Source: an uncultured Acidimicrobiales bacterium (GTDB taxonomy: Bacteria > Actinomycetota > Acidimicrobiia > Acidimicrobiales > VFJN01). From it: DNA of 64,000 nucleotides. The translations under genes and the position numbers were made by a program. Each line of letters begins with the position of its first letter. The stretch's first letter is position 1. Below, one piece after another: positions 1 through 11,297 of this stretch. The notes below the pieces were generated by a model. That model made no database searches. It worked only from the letters and a program-made list of their open reading frames with translations, and had not been told where the DNA came from. Location: positions 7,912 through 71,911 of the forward strand of contig CAVWYL010000005.1 of the NCBI GenBank assembly GCA_963759225.1, in the 5' to 3' direction.

Positions 1-1
1 G

Positions 2-322
2 CCGAAGTGCATCGTCAAGCTCGGCTGCTGGGGCCCGGTGGTCAAGTGCAACGTGCCCAAGCGGGGCTGGGTGAACGGCGTGGGCGGCTGCCCCAACGTC
101 GGCGGCATCTGCATCGGCTGCACGATGCCCGGCTTCCCCGACAAGTTCATGCCGTTCATGGACGAGCCGCCGGGCGCACGCATCTCCACGGTCGCCAGCG
201 GCCTGTACGGCTCGGCCATCCGCGGCCTGCGCCGCATCACGGCCAAGACGGTCGACGACGAGCCGAAGTGGCGTGTGCCCGGCAGGGAGCTGGTCACCGG
301 ATACAAGGGAGGGTGGCGGTAG
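2..322 (+). CDS. hhyS: [NiFe]-hydrogenase small subunit, group 1h (3' part, truncated by window edge)
   Basis: CIVKLGCWGP..CNVPKRGW..GGCPNVGGICIGCTMPGFPD Fe-S ligand pattern; directly upstream of the large subunit. Confidence 0.92.
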   Translation, partial: PKCIVKLGCWGPVVKCNVPKRGWVNGVGGCPNVGGICIGCTMPGFPDKFMPFMDEPPGARISTVASGLYGSAIRGLRRITAKTVDDEPKWRVPGRELVTGYKGGWR

Positions 323-324
323 CC

Positions 325-2122
325 ATGGCCACGACCACGAACGCGTCGACCAGCAAGGACGCCAACGGCCTCGTCGAGATGGCCTGGGACCCGATCACCC
401 GCATCGTCGGCAGCCTCGGCATCTACACCAAGATCGACTTCGGGACCGGCCGGGTCGCCGAGTGCCACAGCACGTCGTCGATCTTCCGCGGCTACAGCAT
501 CTTCATGAAGGGCAAGGACCCCCGCGACGCCCACTTCATCACCAGCCGCATCTGCGGCATCTGCGGCGACAACCACGCCACCTGCTCGTGCTACGCGCAG
601 AACATGGCCTACGGCGTGCACCCGCCGGCGCTCGGCGAGCAGATCGTCAACCTCGGCGAGGCCGCCGAGTACATGTTCGACCACAACATCTTCCAGGAGA
701 ACCTGGTCGGGGTCGACTTCTGCGAGAAGATGGTGGCCGAGACGAACCCGGGCGTGCTGGAGCGGGCCAACGCCACCGAGGCGCCCCACGCCGCGGACCA
801 CGGCTACGCCACGATCGGCGACATCATGCGGTCGCTCAACCCGTTCTCGGGCGAGTTCTACCGCGAGGCCCTCCAGGTCAGCCGGTACACGCGCGAGATG
901 TTCTGCCTCATGGAGGGCCGGCACGTCCACCCGTCGACCCTGTACCCCGGGCGGCGTCGGCACCACCGCGACCATCCAGCTGTTCACCGACTACTACATC
1001 CGCCTGATGCGCTACGTGGAGTTCATGAAGCGCGTCGTCCCCATGCACGACGACCTGTTCGACTTCTTCTACGAGGCCCTGCCGGGCTACGAGGAGGTCG
1101 GCCGGCGCCGCATCCTGCTCGGGTGCTGGGGCGCGTTCCAGGATCCGGACGTCTGCAACTTCGACTACCGGGACATGACCGAGTGGGGCCGCGCCATGGG
1201 CGTGACGCCGGGCGTGATCGTCGACGGCGAGCTGGTCACCAACGACCTGGTCGAGATCAACCTGGGCATCCGCATCCTGCTCGGCAGCTCGTTCTACGAC
1301 GACTGGGAAGACCAGGAGATGTTCGTCAGCCACGACCCGCTGGGCAACCCGGTCGACCGGCGCCATCCGTGGAACCAGCACACCAACCCGCAGCCGCAGA
1401 AGCGCGACTTCGACGACAAGTACAGCTGGGTCATGTCGCCCCGCTGGTTCGACGGCACCGACCACCTGGCGCTCGACACCGGCGGCGGCCCGATCGCCCG
1501 GCTGTGGTCGACGGCCCTGTCGGCGCTGGTGGACACCGACCACCTCAAGGCCACCGGCCACAGCGTGGAGATCCACCTCCCGAAGACGGCCCTCAAGCCC
1601 GCGGTCACCCTGGAGTGGAAGATCCCGCAGTGGTCGAACACCATCGAGCGTGACCGGGCCCGCACCTACTTCCAGGCCTACGCGGCCGCCGCCGCCCTCG
1701 ACTTCATCGAGAAGGCGCTGGCCGACGTGCGGGCGGGCAAGACCAAGACGTGGGAGCCGTTCGAGGTGCCCGACGAGGGCATCGGCTGCGGCTTCACCGA
1801 GGCGGTCCGGGGCGTCCTGTCGCACCACATGGTGATCAAGGGCGGCAAGATCGCCAACTACCACCCGTACCCGCCGACGCCGTGGAACGCGAACCCCCGG
1901 GACGTGTACGGCACCCCGGGCCCGTACGAGGACGCGGTCATGGGCACGCAGATCTACGAGGAGAACGACCTCGAGCACTTCAAGGGCATCGACATCATGC
2001 GCACCGTGCGCAGCTTCGACCCCTGCCTGCCCTGCGGCGTCCACATGTACCTCGGCAAGGGCAAGGTGCTGAAGAAGCTGCACTCGCCCACCCAGGTGCC
2101 GAACCCCGAACTGGCGGGATGA
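325..2122 (+). CDS. hhyL: [NiFe]-hydrogenase large subunit, group 1h (one +1 frameshift near 952)
   Basis: L1 motif TSRICGICGDNH and L2 motif SFDPCLPCGVH with a C-terminal extension; joins ORFs 7..1653 and 1007..2122. Confidence 0.95.
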
Positions 2123-2725
2123 GCGCCGCGGCGCCGGGCGCCCCGACGGCGCCCGCACCACAGAACCTCCGGGCGGTCGGCGACCGGATCGAGCGCCTGC
2201 TCGACGAGCTGCGGGCGACCGCCGCCCCGCCGACCTACGACCGGGCCGAGGAGCTCGTGCGGCTCGTGACCGAGCTGTACGGCGGCGGGCTGGCCCGGGT
2301 CGTGGAGCTGGTCGGCGCCGGCGCGCCCGACGTGCTGGACCAGCTCCTCGACGACGAGCTGGTGTCCAGCCTGCTGCTGGTGCACGGCCTGCATCCCGAC
2401 GGGCTCGGCTCCCGGGTCGAGGCGGCGCTCGAGAGCGTGCGCCCGTTTCTCGCCCAGCACGGCGGCGACGTCGAGCTGATCGACATCGACGCGCGAGGCC
2501 GGCGCCGTGCTGCTGCGCCTGCTCGGCAGCTGCGACGGCTGCCCGTCGTCGGCGGTCACGCTCCAGCACGCGGTCGAGCGGGCCATCCAGGAGGCCGCGC
2601 CCGAGATCGTGACGATCGACGTGGAGGACCCGGGCGAGCTCCCCGCGCCCGGGTCCGCCGCCGTCCCGGTGGTGCTCGGCCGCAAGCCGGTCTACGACTC
2701 GTGCCCGTCCGAGGTGCTGGCGTGA
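2119..2725 (+). CDS. NifU-like Fe-S/hydrogenase accessory protein (frameshift near 2494)
   Basis: LLLVHGLHP, VRPFLAQHGGDVEL, GSCDGCPSS (NifU C-terminal CxxC); ATGA overlap with hhyL. Confidence 0.85.
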
Positions 2726-3351
2726 CCGGCGAGCCGCTGGCCGTGCTCGCGCGCATCCGGTCGGCGCCGGCGCGGCCCCGGCCCGAGCCGGAGGAGCGGT
2801 GCGACCTGTGTGCCGAGCCGATCCCCCCGGAGCACGGCCACCTCGTCGACGTGACGGCCCGCGGGCTGATGTGCGCGTGCCGCGGCTGCTACCTGCTGTT
2901 CACCCCGGAGGGGGCGGGGGGCGGCCACTACCGGGCCGTCCCCGACCGCTAGCTCGCGCTCCCCGGCACCGGGCTGACGGGCGCGGAGTGGGACGCGCTG
3001 CAGATCCCGGTCAGCGTCGCGTTCTTCTTCCTCAACTCGGCGCTCGACCGGGTGGCGGCCTTCTACCCGGGCCCCGCGGGCGCCACCGAGTCGCTCCTCC
3101 CGCTCGACACGTGGGCCGACCTCGTCGCCGGCGAGCCGGTTCTCGCCACGCTGCTCCCCGACGTGGAGGCGCTCCTGGTGCGGTCGACCGCGGGGGACGC
3201 GGACCCCGAGTGCTACGTGGTCCCCATCGACGCCTGCTACGAGCTGGTCGGCCGGCTGCGCCGGCTGTGGAGGGGCTTCGACGGCGGCCGCGAGGCCCAC
3301 GACGCCCTCGACGAGTTCTTCGCCGGCGTGCGGGCCCGGGCAGAGGCATGA
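2722..3351 (+). CDS. conserved group 1h hydrogenase accessory protein (DUF5947-like), in-frame TAG at 2950-2952
   Basis: ERCDLC..H.H..CACRGCYLLF, IPV..AFFF, AFYPGPAGATESLL, VPIDACYELVG; both halves are in the same frame. Confidence 0.8.
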
Positions 3352-3990
3352 GCTCGCTGCGGTTCGAGGTGGTCGGGGCCCGCCCCGAGGCCCACGCGGC
3401 CGAACCGACCCTGCTGCTGCGGCTGCGGGTCGAGGACACGTCGGGCGCCGCCGTCCACGCCGTGGCGCTGCGCTGCCAGATCCGCATCGAGCCGCAGCGC
3501 CGCCGCTACGGGCCCGCCGAGGAGGCCCGGCTCGACGAGCTGTTCGGCGAGGCACCCCGCTGGGGGGACACGCTGCGCCCGTTCCCGTGGGCCCACGTCG
3601 GCACCGTGCTCGCCGGGTTCCGGGGCGCCACGGAGACGGACCTGCCCGTCACCTGCACCTACGACCTCGAGGTCGCGGCGGCCAAGTACTTCCACGCCCT
3701 GCGAAGACGGTGAGGTCCCGCTGATCCTGCTGTTCTCCGGCACCGTGTTCCGGCCCGGCGGGTCGGGGATGTCGGCCGAGCCGATCGGGTGGGACCAGGA
3801 GGCGACGTTCCGCCTGCCGGTGGCGACCTGGCGGGCCGTGATGGACCGGTACTTCCCGCACAGCGGCTGGCTGCGCCTGCACCACGACACGCTCGACGCG
3901 CTCCGGGACTTCAAGGTCGCCCACGCCCTGCCGACCTGGGACCAGGCCATCGAGCGGCTGCTGAAGCAGGCCGGGGAGGGGGGCGAGTGA
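3348..3990 (+). CDS. hydrogenase accessory protein (DUF6084-like), frameshift near 3702
   Basis: LRCQIRIEPQRRRY, CTYDLEVAAAKYFHAL, LLFSGTVF, YFPHSGWLRL; translationally coupled. Confidence 0.8.
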
Positions 3991-5338
3991 CCGCGCCCGA
4001 CCGGTTCGCCGCGGCGCGGGCGGTGGCCGACGCCGTGCTGTTCGAGGGCTACGTCCTCTACCCGTACCGGGCGTCGGCGCAGAAGAACCAGGTCCGCTGG
4101 CAGTTCGGCGTGCTCGTCCCCCCGGCCTACGCGCGGCGGGACGGCGGCGAGCGGTCCTCGATGCGCACCGAGTGCATCGTCGACCCCGGACCGGCGCCGA
4201 CCGTCGCCGTGCGGGTCCGCTGCCTCCAGGTGCAGCGCCGGAGCGTCGAGGCGCCGACGCCGGACGGAGGATTCGCCCCCGTCGGCGCCCTCGACGTCGA
4301 TGGCACCCGGCACGTCGGCTGGGACGAGGCGGTCGAGCAGGCCGTCGACCTCGAACCGGCGCCGCTGCTGCCGGCGGCGGGCCGCCGCACGACCGTGCGC
4401 TTCGCCGCGGGCGAGGACGTCGAGGTCCTGCGGTCGGCCGGCGGGGCCGTGGCCGGGCGGCTCGTCCGGCGCCGGGAGGCGGTCGAGGCGGAGCTGCGGG
4501 TCCGCGCCGGGCGGGCCGACGGGCCCGGCGATCTGGTCAAGGTGGTGGTCGAGGTCGAGAACACGACCAGCTGGGACGACCCCGGTGCCCGCCGCGACGA
4601 CGCCGTGCTCCGCTCGCGCGGTGGCGGTGCACACGATGCTGGCCGTCGACGGCGGCACCTTCGTGTCGGTGCTCGACCCGCCGGACGGGGCGGCGGCGGC
4701 CGTCGCCGGCTGCGCGAGCGACGGCACGTTCCCGGTGCTGGTCGGGCAGGACGACGACGTCGTCCTGTCGTCGCCGATCATCCTCTACGACCACCCCCTG
4801 GTCGCGGTCGAGAGCCCCGGCGACCTCTACGACGCCACCGAGATCGACGAGATCCTCGCCCTGCGGGTGCTCACCCTCACCGACGAGGAGAAGGCCGAGG
4901 CCCGCAGCACCGACCCGCGGGCCGCCGCCATCGTCGACCGCTGCGACGACATGTCCCCCGAGGCGTGGGAGCGGCTCCACGGCACGGTGCGGCCGGTCGG
5001 CGGCGACGAGGACCCGGACGCCGCCGCCGTGGTGGGACCCCGGCGCCGACGCCGCCGTGGACCCGGGGGCCGACACGATCACGGTCGCCGGCGTCGAGGT
5101 CGGGGCCGGCAGCCACGTGCGGCTGCGGCCCTCGCGCCGCGCCGACGCCCACGACCTGTTCCTGGCCGGGTGCGCCGCCACCGTGGCGGGCGTCTTCCGG
5201 GACGTGGACGGCAACGACCACGTGGCCGTGACGGTGGACGACGACCCGGCCACCGAGGCGCTCGCCTGGCAGGGCCGCTACCTGTACTTCCACCCCGACG
5301 AGGTCGAGCCGCTGTCCGACGCGGAGGCGTCCCCGTGA
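3987..5338 (+). CDS. conserved hydrogenase-operon hypothetical protein (frameshifts near 4617 and 5025)
   Basis: ADAVLFEGYVLYPYRAS..KNQVRWQFG, LSSPIILYDHP..ESPGDLYDATEIDEIL.LR, GRYLYFHPDEVEPL. Confidence 0.8.
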
Positions 5339-5841
5339 CCCCCCGGGTGCTCGTGGCCGGCATCGGCAACATCTTCCTCGGCGACGACGGGTTCGGCGTC
5401 GAGGTGGCCGGCCGCCTCGGGTCCCGCCCCGCGCCCGCCGGCGTGCGGGTGGAGGACTTCGGCATCCGCGGCGTCCACCTCGCGTACGAGCTGCTCGACG
5501 GCTACGACGCCCTCGTGCTGGTCGACGCCGTGCCCCTCGGCGACGAGCCCGGCACCCTCGCCGTCATCGAGCCCGACCCCGCCGAGCCGCCCGAGGCGGG
5601 CGACGACGTCGCGCCCGTCGTCGACGCCCACAGCATGAGCCCGGGCGTCGTGCTCGGCATGCTGGCCGGGCTGGGCGGCACCGTCGGCCGGATCCTCGTC
5701 GTCGGGTGCCAGCCCGCCACCCTCGACGAGGGCATCGGCCTGTCGCCGCCGGTGGCCGCCGCCGTCGACCCCGCCGTCGAGCTGTGCGAACGGCTCGTGG
5801 CCGAGATCCTCGCACCCGTGGGAGAGGAGTCCACCGCATGA
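5335..5841 (+). CDS. hydrogenase maturation endopeptidase (HupD/HycI family)
   Basis: VAGIGNIFLGDDGFG, DFGIRG, LVDA, DAHSM motifs. Confidence 0.92.
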   Translation: MTPRVLVAGIGNIFLGDDGFGVEVAGRLGSRPAPAGVRVEDFGIRGVHLAYELLDGYDALVLVDAVPLGDEPGTLAVIEPDPAEPPEAGDDVAPVVDAHSMSPGVVLGMLAGLGGTVGRILVVGCQPATLDEGIGLSPPVAAAVDPAVELCERLVAEILAPVGEESTA

Positions 5842-5942
5842 TCCGTCGCCTGATGGTCGCCGCCGTCCTCACGATCGCCGCCGGGGTGATCATGAAGTCG
5901 TTGCCCGACCTGAACCGCTACCTCAAGATCCGGGAGATGTGA
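5838..5942 (+). CDS. 34-aa small membrane protein of actinobacterial hydrogenase operons
   Basis: MIRRLMVAAVLTIAAGVIMKSLPDLNRYLKIREM; RBS GGAG; ATGA overlap; C-terminal PD..RYLKIR.M pattern. Confidence 0.75.
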   Translation: MIRRLMVAAVLTIAAGVIMKSLPDLNRYLKIREM

Positions 5943-5948
5943 CGGCCG

Positions 5949-6464
5949 GTGGTGCTGTACCGGATCGACCCCGTCCGGTCACGGGTGTGGATCGAGGCGC
6001 GCTCGACACTGCACCCGATCCACTCGACCACCGACGGCCTCGAGGGGTACATCGACGTCGAGCCGCTGGCCGGCGGGGGGCTCGATCCCCATGTCGAGCC
6101 GGCCGGCAAGCTCAGCTTCGCGGTGTCGCGCCTCTCGTCGGGCAACAGGCTCGAGGACCGCGAGCTGCACAAGCGCATCGACGCCCGGCGGTTCCCGACG
6201 ATCGACGGCGTGCTCACCGGCATGGAGCCCCTGGACGGGGACAGCCGCTACCGGGTCAGCGGGGACCTGGCGTTCCGCGGGGTGGTCCGGCGCTGCGAGG
6301 ACGAGATGACGCTCAGCGTCATCGACGACCAGACGATCCAGCTGGACGGCAGCTCGACGTTCGACGTCCGCGACTTCGGCATGGACCCGCCGCGGATCCT
6401 GATGCTGCGCGTCGAGCCCGACGTCGAGGTCCGGGTCGAGATCGTCGCCACGAGGGAGGTATGA
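5949..6464 (+). CDS. YceI-like (lipid/polyisoprenoid-binding) protein
   Basis: YRIDPVRSRV, LSSGNRLED, RFPTI, GDLAFRGV, DVRDFGM patterns typical of the YceI beta-barrel. Confidence 0.75.
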   Translation: MVLYRIDPVRSRVWIEARSTLHPIHSTTDGLEGYIDVEPLAGGGLDPHVEPAGKLSFAVSRLSSGNRLEDRELHKRIDARRFPTIDGVLTGMEPLDGDSRYRVSGDLAFRGVVRRCEDEMTLSVIDDQTIQLDGSSTFDVRDFGMDPPRILMLRVEPDVEVRVEIVATREV

Positions 6465-6466
6465 GA

Positions 6467-6802
6467 GTGCACGAGCTCGGGTTGTGCAGCTCGATCGTCG
6501 ACGCCGTGGAGCAACGCGCCGGCGACCGGCCCGTCGCCCGCATCCGCGTCCGCGTCGGCCGGCTCCACCACGTCCACCCCGAGGCGTTCGACCAGTCGTT
6601 CGCCATCGCCGCCATGGGCACGGTCGCCGAGGACGCGTCCGCCGACCTGGTGCTCCTGCCCGTCCGGTCGCGTTGCGGGTCGTGCGGCGAGGCGTGGGAG
6701 GCCGACGAGATCCCGCTCGCGTGCCCCGCGTGCCGCGCGGTCGAGGTCGAGGTGGTCGGCGGCGACGAGCTGACCCTCGAGTCGATCGAGTACCGGGGCT
6801 GA
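6467..6802 (+). CDS. hypA: hydrogenase nickel metallochaperone HypA
   Basis: (M)HELGL N-terminus from a GTG start, CGSC and CPAC, GGDELTLESIE. Confidence 0.92.
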   Translation: MHELGLCSSIVDAVEQRAGDRPVARIRVRVGRLHHVHPEAFDQSFAIAAMGTVAEDASADLVLLPVRSRCGSCGEAWEADEIPLACPACRAVEVEVVGGDELTLESIEYRG

Positions 6803-6817
6803 AGGAGGCGAACGACG

Positions 6818-7108
6818 ATGTGTCTCGGCATCCCCGGCCAGGTGGTCGAGCTGCTCGCCAGCCACGAGCACCTCGCGTCGGCCGACGTGTCGGGCGTCAG
6901 CCGCACGATCAACATCGGGCTGCTCGAGGACGAGGACGTCCGGCCCGGCGACTGGGTCCTGATCCACGTGGGCTTCGCCATGTCGAAGATCGACGAGGCG
7001 GAGGCGGCCCGGGCGCTCGCCTCCCTCCAGCTGATGGGCCAGGCCTACGACGAGGAGCTGGAGGCGTTCTGGCAGTCGGACATCGCCGGCGGGGCGGCGG
7101 GGGCCTGA
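6818..7108 (+). CDS. hypC: hydrogenase maturation chaperone HypC
   Basis: MCLGIPG N-terminus; GDWVLIHVGFA. Confidence 0.95.
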   Translation: MCLGIPGQVVELLASHEHLASADVSGVSRTINIGLLEDEDVRPGDWVLIHVGFAMSKIDEAEAARALASLQLMGQAYDEELEAFWQSDIAGGAAGA

Positions 7109-7109
7109 G

Positions 7110-8237
7110 GTGCGCTACGTCGACGAGTACCGCGATCCCGCCGCCGCCCGGGCGCTGGTGGCCCGCATCACCGAGCTGGCGGGCGGGCGCCACGTCAAGC
7201 TCATGGAGGTGTGCGGCGGGCACACCCACACGATCTACCGCCACGGGATCGAGCACATCCTGCCCGCCAACGTCGAGCTCGTGCACGGGCCCGGCTGCCC
7301 GGTGTGCGTCATCCCCATGGGCCGCATCGACGACGCCATCGCGGTGGCCGAGACGCCCGGGGTGATCTTCACCTCGTTCGGCGACATGATGCGCGTCCCC
7401 GGCAGCGACGGGAACCTGCTCGGCGCCAAGGCCCGCGGGGCCGACGTGCGCTTCGTCTACTCGCCGCTCGACGCGCTGCGGGTCGCGGGCGACAACCCCG
7501 ACCGCCAGGTCGTGTTCTTCGCGGTCGGCTTCGAGACCACGGCGCCGTCGACCGCGCTGACGCTGCTGGAGGCCCGCCGCCGCGGCGTCACCAACTTCAG
7601 CGTGTTCTCCAACCACGTGACGATCGTGCCGCCGATCAAGGCCATCCTGGAGTCGCCCGACCTGCGCCTCGACGGGTTCCTCGGCCCGGGCCACGTGTCC
7701 ACCGTGGTCGGCCAGCGGCCCTACCGGTTCATCCCGGCGCAGTACGGCAAGCCGGTGGTGACGGCCGGCTTCGAGCCGCTGGACATCCTCCAGGCGATCG
7801 ACATGCTGCTGGCCCAGCTGCGCGACGGCCGCTGCGAGGTCGAGAACCAGTACACCCGCGTCGTCCGCGACGAGGGCAACCCCCGGGCGCTGGCGCTGCT
7901 GGCCGAGGTGTTCGAGCTGCGTCCCCACTTCGAGTGGCGGGGGCTGGGGTTCATCTCCCAGAGCGCGCTGAAGCTGCGACCGGAGTTCGCGGCGTTCGAC
8001 GCCGAGCTGCGCTACGAGGTGCCGGGCGTGCGGGTGGCCGACCCCAAGGCCTGCCAGTGCGGCGAGGTGCTGAAGGGTGTCATCAAGCCGTGGGAGTGCA
8101 AGGTGTTCGGCACGGCGTGCACGCCCGAGACCCCCATCGGCACCTGCATGGTGTCGTCGGAGGGGGCGTGCGCGGCCTACTACAACTTCGGCCGGCTCCA
8201 CCGCGAGGCCGCGGTCACGCTCGGCCGCACGCGGTGA
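7110..8237 (+). CDS. hypD: hydrogenase formation protein HypD
   Basis: [37 protein letters not shown]. Confidence 0.97.
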   Translation: MRYVDEYRDPAAARALVARITELAGGRHVKLMEVCGGHTHTIYRHGIEHILPANVELVHGPGCPVCVIPMGRIDDAIAVAETPGVIFTSFGDMMRVPGSDGNLLGAKARGADVRFVYSPLDALRVAGDNPDRQVVFFAVGFETTAPSTALTLLEARRRGVTNFSVFSNHVTIVPPIKAILESPDLRLDGFLGPGHVSTVVGQRPYRFIPAQYGKPVVTAGFEPLDILQAIDMLLAQLRDGRCEVENQYTRVVRDEGNPRALALLAEVFELRPHFEWRGLGFISQSALKLRPEFAAFDAELRYEVPGVRVADPKACQCGEVLKGVIKPWECKVFGTACTPETPIGTCMVSSEGACAAYYNFGRLHREAAVTLGRTR

Positions 8238-10593
8238 CCGCGCCCGTCGCCGCCGCCCGTCCGGGCCCCGCGGCGCGGGTGCACCTCCGGGTCCGGGGCG
8301 TGGTCCAGGGCGTCGGGTTCCGGCCCTTCGTGCACCGGCTGGCGTCGTCGCTCGGCCTCGCGGGGCACGTCGGCAACGACGGCCAGGGGGTGTTCGTCGA
8401 GGTCGAGGGGGCCGCCGCCGCCGTGGAGGCGTTCGAGCGGCGGCTCCTGGCCGAGGCGCCCCCGCTGGCCCGGATCGACCAGGTCGACACCCGCGCCGCG
8501 GCGCCGCGGGGCGAGACCGGGTTCCGCATCGTCGCCAGCCGGCCCGGGGACGGTGCGGGCGCGTTCGTCCCGCCCGACGTCGCCGTGTGCGACGACTGCC
8601 TCCGCGAGCTGTTCGACCCGGCGGACCGGCGTCACCGCTACCCGTTCATCTCGTGCACCAACTGCGGCCCCCGCTTCACCGTCATCGTGCGGCTGCCCTA
8701 CGACCGGCCCAACACGACGATGGCCGGCTTCCCGCTGTGCGAGGCGTGCGCCGCCCAGTACCACGACCCCGGCGACCGGCGGTTCCACGCCGAGCCGCTG
8801 GCGTGCGCGGCGTGCGGCCCCCGGCTGTGGTTCGACGGCGGCGGGACGACGGCCGGCGGCGACCGCGCGATCGCCGAGGCGCAGCGGGCCCTGGCCGGCG
8901 GGGCGATCGTGGCGGTCAAGGGGCTCGGCGGCTACCACCTGGCGTGCGACGCCCGGTCGGTCGCCGCCGTCGCCGCGCTGCGGAGGCGCAAGCACCGCCC
9001 GGCCAAGCCGTTCGCGGTCATGGTCCGCGACCTGGCCGCCGCCCGCCGGCTCGCCCTGGTCGACGGCGCCGAGGCGGCCCGGCTGACCGGCCCGCAGCGT
9101 CCCGTGGTGCTGCTGCGCAGCGGCGGCGAGGCCGTCAGCCCGCACGTGGCCCCGGGGTCACCGCTGCTCGGCGTGCTGCTGCCGTACACGCCCGTCCACC
9201 ACCTGCTGTTCGCCCCCGTCCCGGGCGTCGACGCGCCGGCGCCCGAGGTGCTGGTCATGACCAGCGGCAACCTGAGCGACGAGCCGATCTGCCACGACGA
9301 CGCCGACGCCCGCCGGCGGCTGTCGGGCATCGCCGACGCCTGGCTGGTGCACGACCGCCCGATCCACGTGCCGTGCGACGACTCCGTGGTCCGGGTGGTC
9401 GACGGCGACGAGGTGCCCATCCGGCGGTCGCGGGGCTACGCGCCGCTGCCCGTGCGCCTGCCGTTCCCGGCGGTCCCGGGCCTGGCGGTCGGGGGCGAGC
9501 TGAAGAACACCTTCTGCCTGGCCTCGGGGCGGGACGCGTGGCTCAGCCAGCACATCGGCGACATGGGCAGCGTCGAGACGCTGGCGGCCTTCGAGCGCTC
9601 GACCCGGCAGTTCGCGGCGATGTACGGCGTGCCCGCCGACCCGGTGGCCGCCGACGCCCACCCCGGCTACCACACGCGGCAGTGGGCCGAGGACCGGGCC
9701 GTCGGGTCCGTGGCGCTCGTGCAGCACCACCACGCCCACGTCGCCGCGGTCATGGCCGAGCACGGCGTCCCGGAGGGCGAGCGGGTGATCGGCGTCGCCT
9801 TCGACGGCACCGGCTTCGGCGGCGACGGGACCATCTGGGGCGGGGAGATCCTGGTGGCGGGCTACGACGGCTACGAGCGCGCCGCCCACCTCCGTGCCGT
9901 ACCGTTGGCGGGTGGCGACGCCGCCATCCGCAAGCCCTACCGCGCCGCGCTGGCGCACCTGTGGGCCGCGGGCGTGGACTGGGCGCCCGACCTGCCGCCG
10001 GTGCGGGCCGCCCCGCCCGACGAGCGGACCGTCCTGCGCCGCCAGTACGACAGCGGCGTCCACTGCGTGCCCACGTCGAGCATGGGCCGGCTGTTCGACG
10101 CGGTCAGCTCGCTGCTCGACCTCCGCCACGTCGTGTCCTACGAGGGCCAGGCGGCCATGGAGCTGGAGGCGGCCGCAGCCTCCTGGCCCGGCGCGTCCGA
10201 CACGTCCCCGCACGACGGGGACTACCGGTTCGCCATCGACCCCGAAGCCGGGACGATCGACGCGCGGCCGGTCGTGCGGGCGGTGATCGCCGACGTGCGG
10301 GGCGGGCGGCCGGCACGGGGCCGTGGCCGCCTCGTTCCACCGGGCGGTGGCCCACGCGGCCGCCGACGTCGCCGGCGGCCTCCGCGAGCGGACCGGGCTC
10401 GACCGCGTCGCGCTCAGCGGCGGGGTGTTCCAGAACGCCCTGCTGCTGCGCCTCACCCGGTCGCTGCTCCGCGAGCGCGGCTTCGGCGTGCTCACGCACC
10501 GGCTGGTCCCGCCCAACGACGGCGGCCTCGCCCTCGGCCAGGTCGCCGTGGCGTCCGCCCTGGCCCGCCGGGCCGCGGGGGGCAGGCACGTGA
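8234..10593 (+). CDS. hypF: carbamoyltransferase HypF (frameshift near 10320; probable second indel near 10580)
   Basis: Acylphosphatase [10 protein letters not shown], CxxC zinc fingers, [34 protein letters not shown]. Confidence 0.93.
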
Positions 10594-11297
10594 CCGGCCC
10601 CGGCTCCGGCCTCGCCGAGGACCTGGCGCAGGCGGCGCTGACGCTGGCCCGCCGGTTCGCGGCCGGCGCCACGATGTGGTGCGTGGCCCCGGGCTGGCCG
10701 TCGCACGGCCGCCACGTCGCGGTCGAGTTCGTCCACCCGGTCATCGTGGGCAAGCGGGCGCTCCCGGCCGTGCACGTCGAGGGCCCCGACCTCGTGGGCG
10801 CGGTGCGGCTGCTCGCCCGGCCGGGCGACCTCCTCCTGGCCGTCGGGGTCGCCGGCGACCCCGAGATCGGGGCGCTGCTGCGCCGGGTGGACGCGTGGGG
10901 CGTCACCAGCCTGTGGCTCGGCGCCGGGCCCCGCCCGCCCGCGGGCGCCGCCCACCACGTGGTGTGGACGCCGGCGGCCGACGCGGCGCTGGCCGCCCGC
11001 TCCGGCGACCTCGTGTTGCTGTACCACCTGCTGTGGGAGCTGACCCACGTCGTGTTCGAGCACCCGGGCCTCGTCGCCGGGCCGCCGGAGCCGGCGGGCG
11101 AGGTGTGCATCACCTGCTCCGACGAGGGCCGCCCCGCCGAGGTGGCGGCGGTCGGCGACGGCGGCCGGGCCGAGGTGGTGGCGGGCGGGAGCCGCGAGAC
11201 GGTCGACGTCAGCCTGGTCGGTCCGGTCGGGCCCGGCGACCTCGTGCTGGTGCACGCGGGCGTCGCCATCACGGTGCTGGAGGAGGCGGGCGCATGA
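10590..11297 (+). CDS. degenerate SIS-like domain fused to a HypC/HupF-like domain
   Basis: [20 protein letters not shown]-terminal part; CITCSDEG and [11 protein letters not shown] HypC-like C-terminus; GTGA overlap with hypF. Confidence 0.75.
   Translation: MTGPGSGLAEDLAQAALTLARRFAAGATMWCVAPGWPSHGRHVAVEFVHPVIVGKRALPAVHVEGPDLVGAVRLLARPGDLLLAVGVAGDPEIGALLRRVDAWGVTSLWLGAGPRPPAGAAHHVVWTPAADAALAARSGDLVLLYHLLWELTHVVFEHPGLVAGPPEPAGEVCITCSDEGRPAEVAAVGDGGRAEVVAGGSRETVDVSLVGPVGPGDLVLVHAGVAITVLEEAGA

Noticed and set aside
2950-2952. Pyrrolysine/selenocysteine recoding
   Set aside because: It is a single TAG at a probable Tyr position, and no pyl or sel genes are present in the window.
10323-11297. 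Apparent HypF-SIS-HypC fusion
   Set aside because: The GTGA stop/start overlap at 10590-10593 and the adjacent G homopolymer point to a sequencing indel rather than a fusion.
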